A stretch of 59,434 bases of DNA, counting the filler, from Circinaria calcarea (lineage: Eukaryota): assembly GCA_051942165.1 (NCBI GenBank). It is 8 parts of 8 records of this genome, joined end to end, with 100 filler letters (N's around TTAATTAATTAA, not from the genome) between each part and the next. Parts side by side here need not be neighbours in the genome. Positions count along the whole stretch, not along the records: positions 7,449 to 14,796 come from JAVECS010001356.1; positions 14,897 to 22,243 come from JAVECS010001357.1; 6 more parts are not named here. One strand, written 5' to 3'. The notes beneath the pieces are model-generated. The model searched no databases, was not told where the DNA came from, and saw only the letters and a program-made list of their open reading frames with translations. The translations under genes and the position numbers were made by a program. Positions 11,775-22,343 of this stretch are shown here, piece by piece (positions within the stretch are counted from its first letter, which is position 1; the number at the start of each line of letters is the position of its first letter).

Positions 11775-13450
11775 TGTATATAATATATATATAAAATTAA
11801 ATTAATTAATAACGCACTACACGAGCCGGCACACGTTAACGTATTATTTTTAAAAATTAATATTTAAAAATGTCCGCACCTTGAATTTTGTTAGCGACAC
11901 GTAACACCGATTTCAAGAATATAAATATATTATTATTTTTCAAATTAATTTATAACGCGCTACGCGTGGCGTCGCACGCTAGCGCAATATTCTTAAAAAA
12001 TAATTTTAGTATAATTATAATTTAAAAATCTTCTCGTTTTAAATTTTATTAACGACGCGTAATATAAAAGCTTGTTTTAAAAAAATTTACGAACCCTACG
12101 GGTGAATTATATTGTAAGGGCTCTACCCGAGAACCCCTACGAACCCTACGGGTGAACTATACACCGAGGTCACGAGGTGTTGGCTTAGCGAGAAAGGTTT
12201 TCTTCGCGAAGCGTTATTAGAAACAATAAAAAAATAAGTGCCAAGAATGATAAAGGGTCCGCCAAGAGAAAGTCTCAGTCCCGTGACGAACATCAAAACT
12301 CGATCCCCAAAGCATTTCGTATTTGCAGTTTCGATGCACTCACTAAAAATGAACAGTTTCTAATAAATGGAGGCTCAAATTAAAGAGTATGATTCATCGA
12401 TTTAAATAAGCCTTTATTATCAAAAATCTATAGGCAAGCACAATAGTTATGTCGCATTAAATATATAGGTATGCGTGGGAGCAGGGCGGAAGGGTATGTT
12501 AAAATTTTTAAATGTCAAGAGAAAGTTATAATCACGTGATATTCTCGCGGGCGTAATTCGGCTGTTTTTTATGCTTTATAATATGCAATATTAATGTAAT
12601 CACGAATTTTTAACACATTTCTAAAAATTAAAGGTTATATGAAAGCTCTAATTAAGGCCATGAAAATAAGCCCCTATTTACCAGAATTAGTAATATAGGT
12701 AGTAGTAAAAATCGCATTTAATATACGTATATATGTGGGAACTGCGCGGAATTGCGCGGAATAGAATTCTCGAACTTCCGAACTCTCGAACCTTCGAATT
12801 CCCGAACCTCCGAATTTCCGAATCTCCGAATCTGCGAGCGTATTGCTACCACGCACATTATAATTTTCGCAGTTAAATATGATTTTTTCTACTCTACCGA
12901 TTTAACAAATAAAACAGCATTTGAAAGAGCTTATTCAGCACATAAATATGAGCTTCTATGCACGTATTTTTATTGAAAATTAATAGAATAATTGAAGGTA
13001 GGGATTTCACGTAGAATTCGTATAATATTCGCATAGTGGAAGAGCGCATATTATATTCTCCACTATCATTTTCTTAGCGAAATATGATTTTTTCTACATT
13101 ATCGATTCGAGCAAGTAAGACGGCATTCGAATGCGCTGAATTAGAAGATTAATATAAGCTTCTATTATCGAAATTTCATTGAAAATTGACGGAGTAATTG
13201 ACGCTGGGGAGTTTATGTAATACCCCGCGGTAGCGAAGCCTACCTCCCGAATGAGCGCCAGCGAGAGAGGGAAACGCCTAGTACCAGAATACTTTAGCAA
13301 TAATTCATACGCTTACGCGAACCCATTGAGCTCATTATCACATAATTTACCGACCCTTATCGTAAGATCATCATACTATTCGTAGAGGATCCTTACAATT
13401 ATTCGTAAAGGATTTTTATAAAAACCTTCAATTTTGGTTCCAGAGCTTAA
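11775..13450. repeat. AT-rich, RIP-like decayed repeat region
   Basis: Visibly TpA-rich and CpA/TpG-poor with retained CpG. Contains diverged direct repeats (about 11800-11905 vs 11943-12062) and tacgaaccctacgggtgaa twice at about 12088 and 12138. Confidence 0.65.
12771..12834. repeat. 8 x 8-bp tandem array (CGAA followed by four mostly pyrimidine bases)
   Basis: cgaacttc cgaactct cgaacctt cgaattcc cgaacctc cgaatttc cgaatctc cgaatctg. Confidence 0.9.
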
Positions 13451-14333
13451 GGGGAGGGTTCCCCCGGTGGTCTACCGTATCTGACTAAAATTTTACTTTT
13501 GTTGGGGGAAAGGCAGCAGCATCATGTCATCCGGGATCCTGGTTAGGCCAAGAAACACTAGAAAACTAGGGTCAACGGGGAACGGGCCAAGTATGAAGTT
13601 AAGGGAGAAAAAAAAAGGCCACCCCCCAAGATTCAGGTTCGATTCCCAAAGGACTTGACTAAAATGTTGAGAAAACGGTTGTACATTGATCGGTACAAAA
13701 TGAGCGTTTCTATAATACGTATCCCTAATCTTCTTCCTTCTCTCGACTGCTTTCCTCGCTTCGCATCCGCCCACTTAGGAGCCAAGCACAACCGTTCAAG
13801 CAAGCGATTCCGATTTCATCCAACGCTAAAGTCAACAAGAAATAATAGGCCAAATACGCTCAGAGGTTTCTATTGTACAAATTCTTCCCAAAGCTAACGC
13901 CGCGAGATTTCCCGTTTGCTAAATCCATCGGTTGCTTTGTCTTCCCCAACTTCGGTTTTTGCAATAGTTGCGCCAGACTGATAAAATAAATGACAGGGTA
14001 GAAAATAAATCATTAGAAATCGATAAAAATGCTGCTGCTGTACCCAAAGATAGATCAGTAGGCATTAAAGATAGTAATGAAGAGTTTGGTAGTTCAGAAG
14101 GATATTTCTAGATGATCATCGGAGCGTGAGTTCGGTTGGAGCGTGACGGGTAATGGTGTTGGGTACGTCGGCGTTTACTTGAAAACATTCGGCAGGAACA
14201 CCGTCCTACAGATACAATCCAATCTCGATAGGAGAGGACCTTGTTCCTTTGAACCCGAAATTCGAGGTTTGTAGGAAGCGACAGACTTGGAAGCGAAAGG
14301 TTTGAAAGCGAACGACTTGAAAAGCCATGATCC

Positions 14334-14796
14334 TCAAAAGTCCTTTGGTCCGCTGTTCTGGAAAACATACTCTCTTTGCTGATGCGGCTCTTTGGCTGGC
14401 GGCGGCTGGGCTTCCTTGGGCGTCTCGAAAGTCTGTATCACAAACTCCATCTCCTTATGTTGAGGAGGGTTGCTGTAGAAGTTGTGTAGCCCACTCATGG
14501 ATGATGACGAGTGAACAATCTGCGGCGGGTGACAAGCATAGAAGCCCGGCTGGCTCTGACCGTAGTGAATGACCGGGAAAGTCTGTTGGTGCTGTTGCAT
14601 CTGAGGAACGGGATAATAACCATAAGTTTCCGGTAGGCTCTGTTGGGGAATGAAAAAGTTTGACGGAGTTGCTGGAGTTGGATTGAAGGGGGGGGAGATG
14701 TTTGGGAAGGAGGTAAGCTGCGGGGGAGCTGAAAGTGGAGGTGCGGCGTACTGCGATTGATACTGCGGATAGAGCTGCATATCTGTAAAAGGAGTA
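14334..14796 (-). CDS. 3' end of a Pro/Gln-rich protein, possibly an HbxA/Htf1-like homeobox transcription factor tail (5' part cut by contig edge)
   Basis: Open frame from the contig edge, P/Q/Y-rich, ending EFVIQTF...REYVFQNSGPKDF*. The family guess rests only on a recalled C-terminal motif. Confidence 0.45.
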
Positions 14797-14896
14797 NNNN
14801 NNNNNNNNNNNNNNNNNNNNNNNNNNNNNNNNNNNNNNNNTTAATTAATTAANNNNNNNNNNNNNNNNNNNNNNNNNNNNNNNNNNNNNNNNNNNN
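14797..14896. other. Artificial contig linker
   Basis: N44-TTAATTAATTAA-N44. Confidence 0.98.
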
Positions 14897-15420
14897 GGGC
14901 TGGGGGATGAGTTGGAAGCGCTGTTTGTCACATTTGGCGACGAGGGATTGGAGTTCTGGAAAGGTGACGGAGAGGGAGCGGAGGGGGGGCCAGCAGAGCT
15001 AGGGAGGAGGGAAAGAGTTAGTAGGTGGACTTTCTTCTCTTCTGTCAGAAGAGAAAAGAAGTAATTGCAGGGGGGTTTGTTTTTCTTGTGCGTACAGGAA
15101 AAACAGTAGATGCTCTATCAAAAATCCCCAATAAATGCATTTCCGCAACCGAGAAACAGAAACGGCCATAGCAGGAAACTACCTTCGCACCCCCTTCCGC
15201 CAAGAACCTTTCATCAACTCGAATACAAATGAAAGAGTGCACGTACAAGCTCCCCACAATCCGCATAGCCACCCTCATCTAGCTTCAGCCCCTCCTTCAC
15301 AGCACCGTGCCGTAAGATCCAGCTGATCTTCTTCGACACTAGGACGTCCCTCGGTACCGGAGCCGGGTTGCCGCCTCCACGAGCTGGACGAGGGTTGCTT
15401 CGGCCACCGTGACGGGCCAT
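14897..15420 (-). CDS. TPT1: tRNA 2'-phosphotransferase (Tpt1/KptA), 5' part
   Basis: Exon 1 contains DVLVSKKISWILRHGAVKEGLKLDEGGY; GTACGT...CTAAC...TAG intron; exon 2 (14897-14998) contains ELQSLVAKCDKQRF. Truncated by contig edge. Confidence 0.9.
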
Positions 15421-17399
15421 GGCGCGTTTGAGTAGGAAGTATGGACGGAGAATATTGGAGATTTCGGGGGGGCGGGGGAAGGGATGTGGTGATTGGGGGA
15501 GTTGAATGGGAACTTTGTTGGTAGAAAGTACGAAGGGGACGTTTCCACACAGAAGAGAATACTGATGATGTCTCACTTTATGACATGTGTGTTGCGAGTC
15601 AGTCACTATGACCGATAAAGTTTCCAATGTCACCCGAGTAAGGGAGAGAGGACGGGGAGATCAGTATTCCGCTGGCCGCCTAGCTAAATTATATACTTCG
15701 TTTCTAGCTCAGTTTTTTAAGTGGACTCACTGAGCTACCCAAGATTGCGAAACTCTACAACAGCCATATTAAAAGATGGAGACCTCCGCTATGAAAGGGT
15801 GAGTTGTCTGGCCTTGTGCTTAGTATGGGCGCAATCCAGGATGACTATTCTATGTACGGAGTACTGGAAGACTTCACCCACCATTCTTAGTTGGTTAGCT
15901 GCCTTCCTTTCCATATCCAACAATTGTTACCACTATGTCCGGGCACCATTCGATAGGATCAGTGCATGAAAAGTGGTGTTAAAACAAGGCCAATGCTGGA
16001 AAAAGCGCACGACATTATTAGTGAAAGGGTCCGAAGGATTTCTCACTGATCGAGTTCCACGCAAGCCATCCACACTAAAGTGACTAAATCAAGGACTTCG
16101 TTAACGGCGAAGACACTTTAATAGGATCTTTCATAAATGATGGATAGTAAGCACAATTCATCGATACTTCGTGATACAGAGTAGTAGCCCATCAAGCTTG
16201 CTTTCAACTCCCGGCAGCAAAGAAACAAGGGTAAGATGTGGAACATATCCGTGAACGACCTTCCCATTTCTCATGCTTCTCCATTAGGACTCATCTGTCT
16301 CTTCTCAGCCGCCGCCTCTCCTCCCTCCACCTTCCCCATCTTCTATTCTACTTTCTAGAAGCCCTTGTCCTCGGTCGTTATTAAACAGGATGGTTTCTTT
16401 TCCCAATACCCTACCCACTAGCCAAACCTCCACATCGTAAGAACCCAACCGATGCGTAAAAACTCCCCCGGGCGAATGTGGCCTCATTCAAGCTGAGGAT
16501 ATTGACACATAACAGTCACCCCGACCACTAATTCCCAATCCCCGTTAGGCTTAATCAATTCCCTTTCGCTTCCATGCTGACTCTTTTTTCTTTGCCGCCT
16601 ATTCATGCTCTCCTCTCTTTTTTCGCTCTCCACCAAACCCCAAACCCCCGGGTACCCTTTTAGCTTTCAGCTCTTTCAACCCTCTCCCACGCCTCATTCT
16701 CACACCAATAACTCCATCAATTCACCATACCAGCCAACCGCTGCATCTCGCCCCTTGTACCAGCAACCAGACTTGAGCCAGTCTCGTCCTAGTATACGGT
16801 CTTTCTGTTCCTTGTGTCGACCTCTGCCTCTGCCTTTGAGTTGCTTTTGTTGGGTTCTTTCGACGGATGGCGATTATGTTTCGGCGGGGGACTATGATTG
16901 GTAGGTACAACATGCACGTTAGACTTAGATGGTTGGCTGCTCTGTTTTGATGTCTATTATCATGCTCTCAGCGTCTTTGCTTGCTTTGAGAAATTTCCTC
17001 CGTTTGTTGTCTCTGCTCCGTCATTTCATGGTCGGTCCCTGCCCCGCTCCAGGTTTCTTCGTTCAAAAGGTCTCCTCCGTGCTCCTCTCTTCTATGGCAT
17101 TTCTCCTGCATTCATTCCTTTTCTCTCCTCGATCCCTCTTTCCCAACGCATTACGAGCTAGTTTTCCTCCCTCTTCTCTTCACCTCTCCCGCTTCTCCCA
17201 ATCTCGACACCAGACACCTTCAGCGTTTAGGGCAGTCCTTTCAAGCAGCCTGAAGACTAAGGACCGGTCAAATGAGGCGCTACGACTTCCGCCTTTGGGG
17301 ATCTATTGGCGATGGAAGTGAAGATTGTTGAACAGCGCTCGGGTTCGTATCTCTGTGTGGGCCGGTTGGTAAATGATAGTTGATTAGTGACTGGAGATG

Positions 17400-18184
17400 A
17401 GCGACCACCAAGTTTGTATGACTTTTCCTCTCGCACCTCTGCTTTAACAGGGTACTCGAAGGCTTTGAATATCCTGGCTATTTGATCATTGATAACAAGA
17501 TCAATGTCGCGCCTGATTTTCTCAGATTCCCCCTCTCCTTTTATGTTAATAGAAAAAAGGTTTTCGATATTCAACCGGAACGCTCCTTCGATGATGGAAT
17601 AATGCCTGCTGGTGATAATAAACTTGAGCCTTGTATTTACTCTGTTTCCTGCTGAATAACAATTGCCTAACTTTTCGATTAAAACAGTCCTTGCTGATGG
17701 TTCGCATTTCATCAAGCGCATCTAGGATAAAGGTGATCCGACCAGCTTTAGAATCCGCGGCAACTTCCATCAAAATACCCCATAAGATGTTGCATGATGT
17801 GCACAGAGTTTTGCCTTTTCGCTCGAAATCCTCCATGGCATGTTTGATAAGCGTTGGCTTTTGTCTGTTGTCGTCCTCAAAGAAAAAATAGCAGGTGAAA
17901 GTCTTCCCAAACCATTCACAAGTCCCGGAAATCCGCTTTGGGTTCCTGCCTTTGCCTCCCTCGTAATCTGAAGCGAAAAAACGGAGGTAAGCTCTTTCTT
18001 TCTCTGCGTAATCTGTATTCGATTAGTATTGATTAAGTCTATAAAGTACTAGATACTTAAAAACAAGGAGTGAAGTACCATTGCCGGCATAGGAAAAGTT
18101 GATATAATTTATGTCACCTAGGTGTTGGTGAGACTCGTTACGGCTCCTGTTATTATTATAGACATGTCCTCGACCATGGGCCAT
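17400..18184 (-). pseudogene. NACHT-type fungal NLR remnant with an N-terminal HET-s-like amyloid motif (R0)
   Basis: ATG 18184 gives MAHGRGHVYNNNRSRNESHQHLGDINY; canonical intron 18013-18078; then DYEGGKGRNPKRISGTCEWF, CYFFFEDDN, LWGIL, Walker B FILDALDE (then frameshift), LKFIITSR, DIDLVI. Walker A region absent; no C-terminal repeats. Confidence 0.8.
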
Positions 18185-19759
18185 CCGACCTCGGTCATGT
18201 AGCTAGACGGAGAAGGTGATATTACAAAGAAGATGGTGCTAAGAAGTCGCGAACACAGGAGAGTTGATTCGCCTCTCAAAGTCCGATGGACAAGGCCTGG
18301 CTGAAGCAGACTCGTCGATGAACGGAATGATTACATTGACAGTATGATTTATACTGTCCGCTCCAATCAGTGCAGAGGCGCCAGGCACTAGGCTTGCACG
18401 CTTACACGGAACACTGGTAAGGGGGCTAAATGGCCTCCGGGCGTAAAATCCTCCAGATCCTTTACCTCCGTACCACCGTGCCCTGTAGCGTGCCAGTCTA
18501 GTTATTAATGCCCGCTACCCTGCAATGATTGGAGCTGACAGTATACATTATACCGTCAATGTATACTGTCTGGAGTCACTCTGGTCAACGAATGCGTAAA
18601 GCTTCGACTTATGACATCCTAGTTAACCTCGGAAACTAACTACGTAGTCATACTCTCCCGATAAAATTGCCGTAGAAGCTTAAGCTAGACGCCCGAAGGT
18701 CGGTACAAATCTACCATTAAGGTAGGATAAGGACTTTCGTAGACTCGGTACTGCTCAGCCCCGGCCGGGCAACCCAGCCTCGTTGTGCGACTCAGTTTTT
18801 AGGCAACAGTGTCCCAATACGAGGCCCATACGTTTCGGGCGTCGCGAGGGGGAGCCTGGGTTTGACTTAGCCGTATGTAGTGCTTCCTCGACGAGTGACA
18901 CCTAGACTACTGCGGGTGCAGGCATAATAGGTGTTCAGCGACCAATCCCGGTACTCTCAGCAAAGGCTATGTGAGTAAGTAGAACGTTCCAGCCGGTCAG
19001 AGCCGGCCACTAAGATGGTCAGAATGCCTGAGTGGTCAAAATATGGGTGGAACCTCGTTGTAAGCCTACAGAACAAAATGAGGCAGCGAATGACGGGTTT
19101 CTGCAGCTGTACAGAGTATACAGACAATACGGGCTAGAATCCTTCGTGGCATTCATAGGCCCTTGTACAACGCCGCTTTTATTACTAACAGGGTATGGTA
19201 CACTTAGTGACAGAAATATAATATTCATACAGCTGATAATTCTTATATCGAACTAGGCACATACACGCAGAAGCACGTGTTTACGTGGGCTATTACGCGA
19301 GTAATTAGCGTAGTGGAACACACAAAAGCGTTGTTTTTCTCTTTCCGAATCCATAGACTTTTCATACTTCACGTAGATTTCGCCCATACTGAAATACTAC
19401 ACACAAATTGCCTCACTTACTACATTATGAATATATGATACGAGACGTGCCACATCGCCCAATTCCACCACACTTTATCGAGTATCTACAGACCTCGTAA
19501 AGTCCAACGTCTTATTTAGGCGCATTATCTTTCACTGTATATACGTGCATTAGTGAAGGACTTTAGCCCGTATTATCTGTACTCTGTACTCAAAGATGAT
19601 TACCGTATTCTACTACCATGCTTCAGTGGCTATGCCTGCCTGGGGTTTGAAGATGGTGTCGAGTCATTGGCTGAATTTGCACGGGCGGGGTTTATCAACC
19701 CGCCTCAATGTCCTGGCTTGCCCCTTGTACTTAAAGTCAAGAACAGAACGAAGGTGACC

Positions 19760-20887
19760 ATGGCAGAGCCTCTGGGCGTTTTGGCGGGTGTCGTGCAGCT
19801 GGTAGATTCGTGTAATAAGTTGATTTCATCTTTTGCTGAGATACGAAGAAGAGTTCGCAATGCCCCAGAAAGATTTCGACAGCTCGCAGATCCACTGAGG
19901 CGGCTTATGGACATAGCCCTCTACATCAAGCAAAACCATCGCTTTCGGACCTCGGGGACGCATGTGCTCATCTCAGACTGTGCAAAATCGATATCTGCTC
20001 AAGCAAAAACCTTGCAAGCAATACTTGACGGTGTTTTTCGGGACTACACTGAAGGATCAGTCTGGAAACGATACTGGAAAGCGGCTCGAGCAGTGAAAGA
20101 ACAAGAGATAGCGTCAATTATCAAAAGCCTGGATCAGGAGAAGTGCACGCTTGGCCTGTGTCTACAACAGTGGAATAGTCAAAGCATCATGGATCATATT
20201 CTCAGGATGTCAGGTCGCAGTGAAACCGTGGAATTGGGTGTAATATATCACATATATATGATTGGAGCATTTTCAGGTCTTTAGCTAAACAGTAGAAGGT
20301 GTCAGCGACAAACCAAGCCCGCAAGCACCGGGACACTCGTTCGGACTCGCTGAAGCCAAACAAATCACGAATCCAAAGAAATCTCGAGATTGGAGAAGAG
20401 AATACAAAGAGTATGCTATTTTTACATCTCTTCCAAAATCGAGAATGCTGTGAAGATCAAATGCAAATTCTTTGTCCTCTCGTCATGCTTATTGTGAAAC
20501 CCTTATATAGGGTCTTCCTCGTCTCGATCTACCACCACGCAGTCTGCACCGCCGAGCAAACAAACACGAAAGCATGGCAAACATGTCCACCGGGAGACAC
20601 GGAGCACCTTTGAGGCCAAGCAAACAAACTACGACATTGAGCACGTAATGGAGTCCAACGAAACGTACGAAGATGACAGCGGTTGCGAAGCACCTACCGC
20701 CGCAGTTCCTCCGGGCTTCCTTCATATGCACAAAGGCCATGTTGCCAAGGAGAGCACGCGACAGCACAATGGAGATGTTATGAGAAACGTGCCCAGCACT
20801 GGAGTGCCCAAAGGAAATTGGTATGAAAATTGCCAAGGTGCGGGTCAAAGTTATCAACACAACGGGAATGAAGTTTACTTTAAGTGA
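19760..20887 (+). CDS. HeLo-like/SesA-type N-terminal helical domain effector with two C-terminal HET-s-like amyloid pseudo-repeats (about 323 aa)
   Basis: Exons 19760-20239, 20296-20410 and 20511-20887 splice in frame with GT-AG introns. N-terminus MAEPLGVLAGVVQLVD...VRNAPERF...SVWKRYWKA...IIKSLDQEKCTLGL; C-terminal repeats at 20723-20779 and 20816-20872. Confidence 0.8.
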
Positions 20888-22243
20888 TGGGGCATTCCTC
20901 CAGATCTACTTTGTTCTCTATAGGATAGCGTTACAACACTGAGGTATTTACGGGGATTCTTTCGGAATACCAACGTCAGAGTATCCAAACCAGCGCAGCG
21001 AAGCTCGAGCTTCTATATATGACATTACCATGTGATAGAGATTCTTGAAACTGCATTTCTGCTAATTTTTCTTCACATTTTATATACATGGTGTTGGCAC
21101 GACCATGATTATCCTGGCTATCCTACAGATCTTACACGGCGGAGTCCTCCGCTCCAAAAAAGCGTATCAATTGTCACGGGAGTGCACACATTTCAATGAT
21201 CGAAATAGAATTGATTGATTCTATTTACTATCTACTCCTAGGCTTTATGGCCCACAGGGCCACCTACTCCTTCCTTCTTTCCTATGACACAATCCTACTA
21301 CCGAACAACCAAACCCCAAGCAAGACCCCCTCCAACTTCTGCGTCGTTCACGCCTGTACGATCGTATCTCGCCATCATCAATGCGCTTTCTGCTTTGTGG
21401 TGGTCTCTTTCGGTCTGGGCGTTTTGGCCATCGCCAATCGAACCTTGGACGTTGGAAGATATAGCGGAGAGAGTTGCAGGTTGTCGGCAGCGCCGACAGA
21501 TTTGGGGGATTCTTGCTGTGCAATTTGTCTATCTTCTCTCGTCGTGGAGTATTTCCTTTGGATAACTTTCAAGAGTCCCCAACCATCTGGCTTGAAAACC
21601 GTTGGGCAATGGGGAGGACTGACCGCAAATATCCCCATGTGCATTTTTTGGCCCCTGGTGGAGGAATGGGGGATGTTGAAGCGTGATGGCAATGAAGGAG
21701 AGAGAGAGCAACGAGGAGATATCGAGCGGGCACCAGTAGCAGCACCACCGCCAGTAACGGCACCCACCGCCTTTACTTGAGCCGATTGTTCAGCATTCTC
21801 CTCTGGAACTCTGAAGTTTGCTCACGCGGCATCAGAAAGGTGAAAAGATTGAGCAGAGCGGAGGAGTCGGGAGGCTTGCAGAAATTTCGATTACAAGTCC
21901 ACACTTTCTCTTGCTTTGATGAGCGGAGGGGTTTCTCTTGCGGTAGGATAACTCTCCTAGTTATTCCATACATCTTACATGGCGGAGTCCTCCATTCCAA
22001 AAAATCCGTATCGATACTGCTACCAAGACAATCAAACCCCAAGCAAAACTCCCTTCACACCCTCTCTTACCCCAGGATTCGCATCCCTATCCTAACTTGT
22101 GCCCTAAGCAAACCGTGTAAACCTAACACCCCATCCAGCATCCAAGGCCCAAAATCCCCACCCCAAGTCCTTCAAATACCCCTCTATCCCTTATTAGAGA
22201 AAAAAAAGAGAAAAATACACACCTCACAGACTCGCTCCACGGG

Positions 22244-22343
22244 NNNNNNNNNNNNNNNNNNNNNNNNNNNNNNNNNNNNNNNNNNNNTTAATTAATTAAN
22301 NNNNNNNNNNNNNNNNNNNNNNNNNNNNNNNNNNNNNNNNNNN
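22244..22343. other. Artificial contig linker
   Basis: N44-TTAATTAATTAA-N44. Confidence 0.98.

Noticed and set aside
16390..17390. Possible + strand gene between TPT1 and the NLR remnant
   Set aside because: Exon-like pieces are interrupted by stops and pyrimidine tracts; I could not build a supported model.
18537..18570. 13-bp perfect hairpin in the NLR-effector intergenic region
   Set aside because: Too short to assign a function from sequence alone.
21196..22243. Overlapping ORFs on both strands downstream of the effector gene
   Set aside because: No recognisable domain or consistent exon structure; one ORF is extended only by running into Ns.
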